A stretch of DNA of 36,462 nt, from contig JASFYY010000137.1 of NCBI GenBank assembly GCA_045046875.1, forward strand, positions 1 to 36,462. The letters are read 5' to 3'. Positions 26,081 through 35,208 of the stretch are shown one piece after another; the stretch's first letter is position 1; each line of letters begins with the position of its first letter. Below the pieces are notes generated by a model, which saw only the letters and a list, made by a program, of their open reading frames with translations, was not told the origin of the DNA and made no database searches. This stretch comes from Verrucomicrobiota bacterium. GTDB lineage: Bacteria; Verrucomicrobiota; Verrucomicrobiia; Verrucomicrobiales; DEV007. Both the position numbers and the translations under genes were made by a program.

Positions 26081-27229
26081 ATGAGTTTTTTTAAGCCAAA
26101 GCATATCAAGGAAGGCAAGCTTTTGCTGAAGGGCGTGCGCAAATTTGTCCGTTATAATCGGGATTTGATCAAGGATGAGCAGGCTAAAAAGATCGAAGTG
26201 ATCGAGGGCGAGTTCAGGGAGAAACTCGATCAAGCCGAGGTGACGGAAGATGAGCTGAACAAAGCGGCGGTGGAGTTGACCGATGTTTGTGAGAAGTCGG
26301 TGCCTAGTTACAAGAGCTCGATGCTGAAGGAGAATCTTGAGGTGATTTTTGTAGCGGTGGTGATTGCGATGGGGATCCGGGCGTATTTTGTCCAGCCGTT
26401 TAAAATCCCGACGGGATCGATGCAGCCGACTTTGAACGGTATCATCGCGTATCCGCACAAACAAGCGCACCCAGTGGAGGGCAGCGATTACACCGAGCCG
26501 GGGCGTTTTGGGCAAATATGGGAGAAACTTTATTTTGGTCGTAATTACATCAACTTGGTGGCTGAAGGCAGCGATACCGTTTTGTTGTCGCAGATGGAAG
26601 AGGTGAAGTTTTTGCGTTTTTTTACTCGTACTGAGATTCCTTGCAGCAGTGGCAGGGTTTATACCGTGTCAGGAACTAAAAAGAAAGTTAGGGAACTCAT
26701 CACCTATTCAGTGCGGCACAATCAAGTGGTGAAAAAGGGGCAGCCGATTGCGAGGGGTTATATTGATACGGGCGATCAGGTTTTGGTGGATAAGTTTTCC
26801 TATCACTGGATCAAACCCAAGCGAGGTGAGGTTTTTGTGTTTGTGACCCGTGGCATCGATGGCATTGAGCGTACCTTCTCGCCAGATCAGAGAATGGGGG
26901 GAGCGCAACATTATATCAAGCGGCTGGGTGGTGTGCCCGGCGATGAGCTGAAAGTGGAGCCGCCCAATTTATTCATTAATGGTAAGCTGGCTGAAGAAGA
27001 AGGTTTTCGCAATGTGATGTCAAAGGAGAATGGCTATAATGGTTACACTTCAGGTGTTGGTTATCAGCTTGATTTCAAATTGGGTGATGAGGAATACGTT
27101 GCCTTGGGAGATAATAGTGGGAATAGCTACGACAGCCGGGGCTGGGGAGTGGTTCCTCGAGACAACATTGTGGGCCGCGCGCTTTATGTTTATCTTCCAA
27201 TCGGTCACCACTGGGGACGGATTCATTGA
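26081..27229 (+). CDS. lepB: Signal peptidase I
   Basis: QPFKIPTGSMQPTL (catalytic Ser), YIKRLGGVPGD (catalytic Lys) and GDNSGNSYDSRGWG. It lies downstream of lepA. Confidence 0.93.
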   Translation: MSFFKPKHIKEGKLLLKGVRKFVRYNRDLIKDEQAKKIEVIEGEFREKLDQAEVTEDELNKAAVELTDVCEKSVPSYKSSMLKENLEVIFVAVVIAMGIRAYFVQPFKIPTGSMQPTLNGIIAYPHKQAHPVEGSDYTEPGRFGQIWEKLYFGRNYINLVAEGSDTVLLSQMEEVKFLRFFTRTEIPCSSGRVYTVSGTKKKVRELITYSVRHNQVVKKGQPIARGYIDTGDQVLVDKFSYHWIKPKRGEVFVFVTRGIDGIERTFSPDQRMGGAQHYIKRLGGVPGDELKVEPPNLFINGKLAEEEGFRNVMSKENGYNGYTSGVGYQLDFKLGDEEYVALGDNSGNSYDSRGWGVVPRDNIVGRALYVYLPIGHHWGRIH

Positions 27230-27241
27230 GTAGTCTTTAAT

Positions 27242-28093
27242 ATGTCAAGTGCCCCCCCTCCAGCGGACAGTGAGTCCATCGTCAAAGCCAGTGGTTCCAA
27301 TTTGGCATTTGCTTTCTCTGTATTGCCGAAGGAAAAGCGCGCCGATATGCGGGTATTTTATGCGTATTGCCGGGTGGTGGACGATATCGTCGATGACGGG
27401 GATTTACCAGTAGAAGAGCGCCGTCAGCATTTGGACCAGTGGCGGGCGTTGGTGAAGGGAGAAGCGGGCGAAGTGCGTCCTGGACTGGAGTGTGAGCTAC
27501 AGGATTTGCAGAAACGTTACAACTTGTCTCCGCAGAGTTTGCTTGAAATTATCGATGGCATGGAGATGGATTTGGAAACTCCGGTGCGTTATGAGAGTTT
27601 TGATGCGCTGAAAAAGTATTGTTACCGCGCAGCGAGTGCGGTGGGTTTGGTGAGTATTGAGATTTTTGGTTACGAACGCGAGAGAACCAAAGATTACGCA
27701 GAGCTTCTAGGTTATGCCTTGCAATTGACAAACATTTTACGCGATGTGGCAGAGGACGCCCAGGTGGGGCGGATTTATTTGCCGCGCGAGGATATGGAGC
27801 GCTTTGGTTATAGTGAGGAGGAATTGCTGGCGGGTAAATATGATGCCAGGTTTTTTGCTTTGGCTGAGTTCATTGCGTCGCGTGCCGAGGATTTTTACGC
27901 AGAAGCGGAGGCGGCTTTGCCCGAGGTTGACCGTGAGTCAATGAAGTGCTCGGAGCTGATGAGAGTGATTTACCAGCAATTACTGGAGAAGATGAAAGCG
28001 GATCAGTTCCGGGTTTTTGACAAACGTTACAGTCTGAGCAAGTGGGAGCTGATGAAATTGCTGGGGCGCGGGATGGTGGGGAAGATTTCCTAA
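27242..28093 (+). CDS. Phytoene/squalene synthase family protein (HpnD/CrtB-like)
   Basis: YAYCRVVDDIVD, GMEMDL, YCYRAASAVG and LQLTNILRDVAEDAQVGRIYLP. Confidence 0.9.
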   Translation: MSSAPPPADSESIVKASGSNLAFAFSVLPKEKRADMRVFYAYCRVVDDIVDDGDLPVEERRQHLDQWRALVKGEAGEVRPGLECELQDLQKRYNLSPQSLLEIIDGMEMDLETPVRYESFDALKKYCYRAASAVGLVSIEIFGYERERTKDYAELLGYALQLTNILRDVAEDAQVGRIYLPREDMERFGYSEEELLAGKYDARFFALAEFIASRAEDFYAEAEAALPEVDRESMKCSELMRVIYQQLLEKMKADQFRVFDKRYSLSKWELMKLLGRGMVGKIS

Positions 28094-28114
28094 GCTGACA
28101 AGTGTGAGGGAGGT

Positions 28115-28651
28115 TTACGAAGGGTTGTTGACCGATTTGGACGGTTCAGATGGGGAGATGCGTTCGCTGTTGGTCTCTGTTATAGGGGATTGGCTAGGGC
28201 TGGGCGTTGGGGAAAGCAGGCGGGCGATGGTTTTGAGTAGGATGGGGGGATCAAAAGGCTTGGTCAAAAAAGCATTGGCGCCAGCGTCGAGTACTTGGCG
28301 CATCGTTTCGCTTTGTGGGTTTCCGCTTGCCGCCAGAATAGGTAGGTTTGCTAGCTTGGGCTTGCTCAGGCCGCGTATCTGACGAATGGCTTCCAATCCA
28401 TTTAGATTAGGCATTTCAAGATCCATGATGACCAGATCGAAGGGGCGTGTGGCAATACAGTCGAGGGCTTGTTGGCCGTCGTTCGCTTCGAAAGTGAGGT
28501 ATCCGGTCAAATTAAGAAGCCGGGAGAGAATCAGGCGATTGGCCGACAGGTCATCGACGATCAGTAAACGGAATTGGTTGGGCTCCGGTTGGCCACTCGA
28601 CGGCACGGCTTGGTGCGTGGGTGCGGATGGCGGGTTGGAGTGAGGCGTCAT
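28115..28651 (-). CDS. Single-domain response regulator (CheY-like receiver)
   Basis: LLIVDD, DLVIMDLEMPNLNG (phospho-acceptor Asp), PILAAS and GANAFLTKPF. Both termini are Pro/Ser-rich. Confidence 0.88.
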   Translation of the reverse strand: MTPHSNPPSAPTHQAVPSSGQPEPNQFRLLIVDDLSANRLILSRLLNLTGYLTFEANDGQQALDCIATRPFDLVIMDLEMPNLNGLEAIRQIRGLSKPKLANLPILAASGNPQSETMRQVLDAGANAFLTKPFDPPILLKTIARLLSPTPSPSQSPITETNSERISPSEPSKSVNNPS

Positions 28652-28781
28652 GGTGAAAAATTAAAGGATAGCAGGCTTACAGATAGAGCGTTCTAGAGGG
28701 TGTGATCTGGTTATATTATTTAGATAACGAAGAGGTGCGTAATGTTCAAGTTTTATAAAAGAACGGCGTGTTGGGAATGAG

Positions 28782-29645
28782 TCAGGGTTTTAAATTAGGT
28801 AGTTGCCAATAGCTTTGAAGACGCTGGTATTCTGACTGGGGGAGCAGGACGTATTGAGGATTGCCTTTGGGACGCAGCCATCGGATGATTTGTATCAGTT
28901 TCGATTTTTCCATGGTGGTGCAGCCACTGGTCGCACGATCCGGACCGCGGCGAATATGGAAAAAAATGACACTGCCTGCCCCGGGCAGAGGTGGGTCGGC
29001 ATTGTGGCGGATTTCCAGCAGCCATTCGTAGGCAAAATCCCCATGGCGCATTTTTTGTTTTTCGAACCACGGGGGAATGCCGCGTTTGGGATCGATCACG
29101 ATATGGCGATTGTAATAGGGATTGGCGGAGTCATCCGGCCAGGCATCCCATTGGCCGACTTGGTGATAAGGCAAAACGGTGCCGGCGGGTGGGTGGGGGG
29201 CGTAACCATAAAGTTTGTTGATCGAAAAACAGCCGGCGGGCGCTCTGCCGTCACGCTCCTTTTTTTCCGTGCCTTTGGGATTGAGTAGAGTGCCTCGCCC
29301 CCACGCTAGACCATTTTTTCCTAGTAAGATGGGAATGGCTCGGGTAAATAAAGCGGGTTGCCACGGGGAGTTTGGCTGAGGTTTGTGGAATACCCGGAGT
29401 TGTCCGCGGTGCTTGTTCCATCCGTTAGTGGTAGCTACCAACAGTTGCCTCACGTTTGGCGGCAGGGTGGTGGGCAGTTTTTTTTGCTGCGAAGAACTTT
29501 TACTAAATAGGTTGAAGCTTTTTTTCTGCTGTGCAGATGTCGGAGAAACGAAGCATGAAAACAATAGGGATAGGGTCGCGGTAACGAGTAGCTGTGCGGC
29601 TTGGCAATGTCTACGAGCGAGAAAGTGTGAATGGGCAAGCGGCAT
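28782..29645 (-). CDS. L,D-transpeptidase (YkuD-like) family protein, secreted
   Basis: Start set at ATG 29645 with a signal-like segment. Motifs LGKNGLAWGRG, KKERDGRAPAG, YYN and GSVIFFH...ATSGC (catalytic His and Cys). Confidence 0.85.
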   Translation of the reverse strand: MPLAHSHFLARRHCQAAQLLVTATLSLLFSCFVSPTSAQQKKSFNLFSKSSSQQKKLPTTLPPNVRQLLVATTNGWNKHRGQLRVFHKPQPNSPWQPALFTRAIPILLGKNGLAWGRGTLLNPKGTEKKERDGRAPAGCFSINKLYGYAPHPPAGTVLPYHQVGQWDAWPDDSANPYYNRHIVIDPKRGIPPWFEKQKMRHGDFAYEWLLEIRHNADPPLPGAGSVIFFHIRRGPDRATSGCTTMEKSKLIQIIRWLRPKGNPQYVLLPQSEYQRLQSYWQLPNLKP

Positions 29646-29655
29646 GCCTAGGGGC

Positions 29656-31131
29656 TTATTGGATGGTGCTTTCTTTTTCAAGGGGAGGTAGAAGTCCGTT
29701 GCCAATGAGTGCGCCTGATTCGTTGCCTCCTTCGGGCAGATCGGGTAGCGGCACGTTGACGGGTTCTCTGTAGCGGTGGGATGCTCCCTTTCCGGTTGCG
29801 GAGCGGGGTTTGCTGATTCGTGCAGTGGTCGGGTAAGGAGCTTTAATTGCATGGGCGAACATGTTGGAGGGAACTTCGTTGGCTTTTGCACGGCGCAGGT
29901 GTTTGTTGCGAACGACCCCGATGCTTCCGGATGACAGTTCGATCGATGACCAGTCGTCGCCGGATTTGGTCATTCGGACAATGGTGCCTTCTCCCAAGGA
30001 TTGGGCGGCGGCTTGTTTTCCTGATTCTCCGAAGGGGAAAAACTGGGCTTTGCTGGTGTCCACGACATAGATGTTTTTTCGTGCACCGCCAGCACTGGAT
30101 GCATCATCCGGAGATTTGTTTTTCTTCAGTGAGAGTTTGGATAAAAAGCCGGACTTGGGTTCATCCTCCATGGCTTCCATTTCCGTTTTGTCTGTTTCAC
30201 CAGCACCATCGGGGCCGTAATAAACGTCAGCATTTTCGGCCTGTTTTTTATTTTTGTTGCCGACCAGCGGGATGCGGGAGAAGAAGCTCTTTTTGTTTCC
30301 GGGCATCACATCCTCCTCTTCGGGATAAGCGTCCTGCCACTTCTGTGGAGCTTCGGAGTTGTCGCTCTCTTCGTCATAGGGATTTTCATCTTTCTTTTTG
30401 CCTCCGGTCAAACTGCTGACCAGTGGTATCCGGAAACCTCTTTTTTCAGGTTGTTCGACGGGGGGCGTGTTGGTGGTCACACTTGCGGGTTCTGGAGTGC
30501 GCGGAACCACTTTATCGAGAGCCAGGCTTTCGGGCGGGGCAAACTGCGCGACGGGGTTGGGGGCGGATTCCTTTTTGTTTTTCTTGCGGAAAAAGCCAGG
30601 GCGTAGAGAGGCCAGACCCTTCACTGCTCGGCCTGGAGCTGAAGCTACCCCCCTGAGCAGGCCCTTTTTTTTGCCTTCTTCTTCTAGCGGAGGTAGGCTG
30701 GCGGTGAAATCAGCCGGTACTCCGGCAGTGATTCGGCCTTGTCCTTTGCCGTTCCAGGAATCGATTTCTGATTGTTTGACCTTCTTATAAGCGTCGGCTG
30801 CTTGTTGCTGCTGAACAGCGAGGGCAGCCCGGCGTTTGTATTCTTTGTCCAGACGAGCTTTTTCAAGAACCTTATCGCGGTTGCTTTGGTCAGTGCTCTG
30901 GGTGGCGGTGCGCCGAAGGGCGGCAATCTGCGCATCGCGTTGTGCTTTTTGGGCTTGAGCCCGGATCTCGATCAAACGTTTGTGGTCGGCATCCGACCCA
31001 TAGGGGAGTTCAACCTGTTGGGCGTTTGCCACAGGGAGCAAGGCAAGCAAGCTCGCCGCTGTCACTGCAGTGATGCGGAAACAGGAGAAAAGTGGAGAAT
31101 GAGAAAGCCGTTTTGCCATGGAGACTGTCAT
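29656..31131 (-). CDS. Secreted hypothetical protein with coiled coil, low-complexity repeats and SH3-like domain
   Basis: Signal peptide (…LLPVANA/QQ), an Ala/Gln/Lys helical region and an acidic/Pro-rich linker. SH3b-like segment SLGEGTIVRMTKSGDDWSSIELSSGSIGVVRNKHL. The start is uncertain (31131 or 31119). Confidence 0.7.
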   Translation of the reverse strand: MTVSMAKRLSHSPLFSCFRITAVTAASLLALLPVANAQQVELPYGSDADHKRLIEIRAQAQKAQRDAQIAALRRTATQSTDQSNRDKVLEKARLDKEYKRRAALAVQQQQAADAYKKVKQSEIDSWNGKGQGRITAGVPADFTASLPPLEEEGKKKGLLRGVASAPGRAVKGLASLRPGFFRKKNKKESAPNPVAQFAPPESLALDKVVPRTPEPASVTTNTPPVEQPEKRGFRIPLVSSLTGGKKKDENPYDEESDNSEAPQKWQDAYPEEEDVMPGNKKSFFSRIPLVGNKNKKQAENADVYYGPDGAGETDKTEMEAMEDEPKSGFLSKLSLKKNKSPDDASSAGGARKNIYVVDTSKAQFFPFGESGKQAAAQSLGEGTIVRMTKSGDDWSSIELSSGSIGVVRNKHLRRAKANEVPSNMFAHAIKAPYPTTARISKPRSATGKGASHRYREPVNVPLPDLPEGGNESGALIGNGLLPPLEKESTIQ

Positions 31132-31313
31132 AATCTTGCGAAAAAGCAAAGTTGACGGATTCTATCCCATGAAGCGCTTCTAGTCCAACTAAAGGGGAAG
31201 TAAATGCGCTATAGAAATTATGGTAATATTTGTAAATAATTAATATTAGATTGGATGTGGGATTGAGATCTTTCGGGTTCATCGTTATTAAGGAAAGCTG
31301 AAGAATTTTCATT

Positions 31314-31718
31314 ATGATCAGTGCTGAAAAACAGAAACAATTAAAATTGCGCTTGTTGCGATTGGGAATTTACGAGGAAGATTTGAGCGAGAAATTCATT
31401 GCCGGTTCAGGTCCCGGGGGGCAGAAGATCAATAAAACCGCATCGAGGGTTTATTTGCGCCATGATGCATCAGGGGAGGAAGTGCGGTGTCAGGTCGGGC
31501 GTTCGCAGAGTTTTAACCGTTATCAGGCGAGGATGTTACTGTGTGAACGTTTGGAAGAAAAAAAGCGGCAAAAAAAGTTGGAGCAGCAACGGTTACGCGC
31601 CCGGGAGCGCTACCGCAAAAGGCGTCGTTCGAAAGCACAAAAGAAGCGCTTACGCGCCACAAAAACCCAACGCTCCGAAAAAAAACAACGCCGTAAAAAC
31701 GTAGGTTTGGACGGATAG
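31314..31718 (+). CDS. Peptide chain release factor-like protein (GGQ domain; ArfB/YaeJ-related rescue factor)
   Basis: EKFIAGSGPGGQKINKTASRV and RSQSFNR, with a very basic C-terminal tail. It has no codon-recognition domains. Confidence 0.85.
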   Translation: MISAEKQKQLKLRLLRLGIYEEDLSEKFIAGSGPGGQKINKTASRVYLRHDASGEEVRCQVGRSQSFNRYQARMLLCERLEEKKRQKKLEQQRLRARERYRKRRRSKAQKKRLRATKTQRSEKKQRRKNVGLDG

Positions 31719-31821
31719 CTGCTCTTTGGTGAAATTTGGATGGACTGTCGGGGCGGCTGGAGGGAGAAATTAATTTGCAATTGTTGTCTTGGCTGGAGGC
31801 TGTAAGGTTGGGCTGTTTGTT

Positions 31822-32625
31822 ATGCAGGAGTATCACCGTTTATTAAATTTGGTATTGGAGCAGGGGAAAATCCGAGAAGACCGGACCGGGGTCGGTACGG
31901 TGGGGGTGTTTGGGGCTCAGGCCCGGTTTGATATCAGGGATCACTTTCCGGTATTAACGACCAAGAAGCTGCATTTGAGGTCGATCATTCATGAGCTGTT
32001 GTGGTTTCTGAAGGGGGACACCAATGTGAAGTATTTGCAGGACAATGGAGTAAAGATTTGGGATGAGTGGGCGGATGAAGAGGGCAATCTAGGGCCCGTG
32101 TATGGTAAACAATGGAGGGATTGGCAGACTGGGGAGGGGCAATCTTCTATTGATCAAATTGCCCAGGTGGTGGAGCAAATCAAGACCCGGCCGCAGAGCC
32201 GCAGGCACATGGTCTGTGCTTGGAATCCTAGTGATGTGCCACGCATGGCGTTGCCGCCTTGTCATTGTTTGTTTCAATTTTACGTGGATGTGGAGGCTGG
32301 GGAATTGAGTTGTCAATTGTATCAGCGCAGTGCGGATTTATTTCTTGGCGTGCCATTCAACATCGCTTCGTATGCTTTGTTGACGATGATGATGGCGCAG
32401 GTTTGTGGTCTTAAACCGGGGGAGTTTGTGCATACTTTCGGGGACTTGCATTTGTATTCCAATCATCTGGAGCAAGCTCGCTTGCAATTGACACGTAAAC
32501 CGCGCGCCTTGCCGAAGATGAGTTTGAACCCAGCAGTAAAGACGATAGACGGTTTTGTTTTTGAGGATTTTAAATTAAGTGATTATGATCCTCATCCGGG
32601 GATCAAAGCGCCCATTGCCGTGTGA
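31822..32625 (+). CDS. thyA: Thymidylate synthase
   Basis: [44 protein letters not shown] and IKAPIAV. Start set at ATG 31822. Confidence 0.97.
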   Translation: MQEYHRLLNLVLEQGKIREDRTGVGTVGVFGAQARFDIRDHFPVLTTKKLHLRSIIHELLWFLKGDTNVKYLQDNGVKIWDEWADEEGNLGPVYGKQWRDWQTGEGQSSIDQIAQVVEQIKTRPQSRRHMVCAWNPSDVPRMALPPCHCLFQFYVDVEAGELSCQLYQRSADLFLGVPFNIASYALLTMMMAQVCGLKPGEFVHTFGDLHLYSNHLEQARLQLTRKPRALPKMSLNPAVKTIDGFVFEDFKLSDYDPHPGIKAPIAV

Positions 32626-32654
32626 GGAGGTTGTAGTTTTTTCTGGGATCTAGT

Positions 32655-33122
32655 ATGAAATTGAATGCAATAGCGGCGATGGCGAGCAACCGGGTGATTG
32701 GCAAGGCAGGGGAATTGCCTTGGCATCTGCCGGAAGATTTCCGTTGGTTCAAAAAACTGACGATGGGGCATCCAGTGGTGATGGGGAGGAAAACCTGCGA
32801 GTCGATTGGTCGACCTTTGCCCGGAAGGAGGAATATTGTGATTTCCAGGGAATGGCGACAAGCCCCCAAGGGGTTTGAGCTGATTCACTCTATCGAAGCC
32901 GTGGCCGAATTGGATTTGCAAGGAGATGTGTTTTTGCTGGGAGGGGCGATGCTTTATCAAAAAATGCTGGCGCAATGTGAGCAGTTGTATTTGTCCTATG
33001 TTTTTGCAGAGTATGAGGGCGATGCGTATTTTCCGGATTTTGAAGAGCTGTTTGTCTTAGATGAAGTGATGGCATCTTACCCTGAATTTGAACTTCGACG
33101 CTATGTGAGGAGACTAAGTTGA
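32655..33122 (+). CDS. folA: Dihydrofolate reductase
   Basis: VIGKAGELPWHLPEDFRWFK, MGRKT, RPLPGRRNIV, LGG and GDAYFP. It is adjacent to thyA. Confidence 0.95.
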   Translation: MKLNAIAAMASNRVIGKAGELPWHLPEDFRWFKKLTMGHPVVMGRKTCESIGRPLPGRRNIVISREWRQAPKGFELIHSIEAVAELDLQGDVFLLGGAMLYQKMLAQCEQLYLSYVFAEYEGDAYFPDFEELFVLDEVMASYPEFELRRYVRRLS

Positions 33123-33198
33123 ATAACTTCCAACTGTGAGTGGGTGTTGGTCGTTCGCTCTCAGCTTATAACGATATTGATTTAGAAAAAATAAGAGA

Positions 33199-33924
33199 AT
33201 GTTTATGAATGAAAATATAAAAAAATATGGATCGAAGGTTTTGTTCCTTGCGATGGGTTTGATGGGGGTTTTGATCTTTGCCGTTGCTTGCGCACCCAAG
33301 GCCGATAAAAAGCCGAGTCCGGAAAACAAGGAGAGGAAAGTGAAAATTGAAACTGACAAGCCTGCGAAACTGGCACTTCCTGATGAAAGCAAAGAACCTG
33401 AAAACGCAGGTTATGCCATTTTGGGAGCCGGGTGTTTCTGGTGTGTGGAAGAGGTGTTGCAACAAATGGATGGAGTGACGGCGGTGGTATCAGGTTATGC
33501 CGGAGGAACGGCAGCTGATGCTAATTACGAAGCTGTTTGCACGGGCAAGACGGATCACGCTGAAGTGGTGAAGGTTACTTTTGATAAAGATAAAACGTCC
33601 TATGGAAAGGTGCTTGATACTTTCTGGAAGCTACATGATCCAACCACGTTGAATCGCCAGGGCCCGGACAGTGGGCGTCAGTATCGGTCGGCTATTTTTT
33701 ATCAGAATGATGAAGAGAAAGCGATCGCGGAAGCTTCCAAGAAAAAGCTCAATGAAGCTGAGCAATATCCCAGCGCGGTGGTGACCCAGGTTGTTCCTTT
33801 GGATAAATTTTATCCGGCTGAGGATTATCATCAAAACTACGCGAGGTTACATCCTGATGATGGTTATATCCGGGCGATTCTTTTTCCAAAGTTGAAAAAA
33901 TTGCATTTGCAGATCCCTGAGTAG
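33199..33924 (+). CDS. msrA: Peptide-methionine (S)-S-oxide reductase with N-terminal lipoprotein-like signal
   Basis: GAGCFWCVE, SGYAGG, HAEVV, HDPTTLNRQG, QYRSAIF and FYPAEDYHQNY. The N-terminal hydrophobic stretch ends in AVAC. Confidence 0.93.
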   Translation: MFMNENIKKYGSKVLFLAMGLMGVLIFAVACAPKADKKPSPENKERKVKIETDKPAKLALPDESKEPENAGYAILGAGCFWCVEEVLQQMDGVTAVVSGYAGGTAADANYEAVCTGKTDHAEVVKVTFDKDKTSYGKVLDTFWKLHDPTTLNRQGPDSGRQYRSAIFYQNDEEKAIAEASKKKLNEAEQYPSAVVTQVVPLDKFYPAEDYHQNYARLHPDDGYIRAILFPKLKKLHLQIPE

Positions 33925-33959
33925 TAAGGGCCGCGGATTTAAAAAGTGAAGACGTGGTT

Positions 33960-35156
33960 CTAATGATCTGTCAGTTCATTAGGTAGTCGCTTGAGCGGGG
34001 CGAGGTCTTTGCCGATGATGAGTTGCCGGGTGAGGAGCCGTCGTTGGGGGGCAAGGTCTCCCTTGGTGGGTAACAGGGCGATCACATCCCATTGGCGTTT
34101 GCCAAAGTGGAAGCTGTTATTGAGAATCCATTGGTAGTCACGGATGAAATCGCTGTCATTGCCTTGTGACAGGGTGGGGGCGGGTAGGTCGATGATGACC
34201 AGGGTGGGCGACATGGTACGGATTTTTTGCGACCATTTCCTGATTTGTGCAAGGCTTTGATTAGCTACCGGCCAAGAGGTGAGTTCGATTTTGGCCTGGG
34301 GGAATTTTTTCTTCAAGGCGGCGGGGACCAACTGGTCATAGGGGGGCATGGCGACCAGTTTGACCGGCTGATTGGCGTGCAATAGTCGCAGAGTGTTTTG
34401 CAGCGGATTGGGGGAGCTATCAATATCCGCCAGCGATATTTTTTTACCAGAAAGGGATTGGGTGATGAGTTCGGCAAAACGTTTGTGGCCGTTGAGGTTG
34501 GGGTGGATGGTTTCGCTCATCAACAACATCCAGGCGGTGTGGTCTTTTTTATCCAGATCACTCCAGTCTTGGAAAAAATCGACGTAGGGCAGTTTCAGCT
34601 CGGAGGCTATTTTTTGCACTCTGTTGGCGTAGGCTGCGAGTTTGGCATTGGGGCGCGTGGGGTTTTCATAAACCGAATTGGCCGAGCAGAGTATGACGGC
34701 TGCTCCTGCAGTGAGGCATTGCCGGGTGATGTCACGCAGATTTTTTTCGTAATCGTCTATTTTGATCCGAGTCACATCATTCATGCCGAACATGATAACC
34801 ACTAGATCCGGTTTTTTAGCGATGACATCCTTTTTGATTCGGGTGAGGGCATTGGCGGTGGTGTGGCCACTGATGCCGGCATTGATCATTTCGAGTTTTG
34901 CCGTGGGGTAGGCTTGTTGCAGGGCGATGCCGAGCATGTCGGTCCAGGCGCGAGCCGATCCGCTGTGGTAATAGACGCCTGTGATGCTATCACCAAAACA
35001 GACGATGCGGGTGGGGCGCTCACCGCTTTTGAGTTGTTGTTTTATTTGCTGGATATGGGGTGTTTCCTGAGCCTGTGATGAGGTGGGAAAAACGACGGCC
35101 AATAAAAGGGTGGCGATAATACTGAAGCTGAGCTTTGAACGTATGGGGGGGAGCAT
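33960..35156 (-). CDS. SGNH/GDSL hydrolase family protein, secreted
   Basis: Signal peptide plus CFGDSIT, INAGISG, FGMND and ETIHPN. An additional C-terminal domain follows. Confidence 0.85.
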   Translation of the reverse strand: MLPPIRSKLSFSIIATLLLAVVFPTSSQAQETPHIQQIKQQLKSGERPTRIVCFGDSITGVYYHSGSARAWTDMLGIALQQAYPTAKLEMINAGISGHTTANALTRIKKDVIAKKPDLVVIMFGMNDVTRIKIDDYEKNLRDITRQCLTAGAAVILCSANSVYENPTRPNAKLAAYANRVQKIASELKLPYVDFFQDWSDLDKKDHTAWMLLMSETIHPNLNGHKRFAELITQSLSGKKISLADIDSSPNPLQNTLRLLHANQPVKLVAMPPYDQLVPAALKKKFPQAKIELTSWPVANQSLAQIRKWSQKIRTMSPTLVIIDLPAPTLSQGNDSDFIRDYQWILNNSFHFGKRQWDVIALLPTKGDLAPQRRLLTRQLIIGKDLAPLKRLPNELTDH

Positions 35157-35208
35157 GTTCTGAATATGAAGTGGATTGGAATTAGGAATTAATAATTACA
35201 AATTCGGA

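Noticed and set aside
31822..33122. thyA-folA as a phage or resistance cassette
   Set aside because: This is a common chromosomal pairing with host-like composition and no integron, IS or phage genes nearby.
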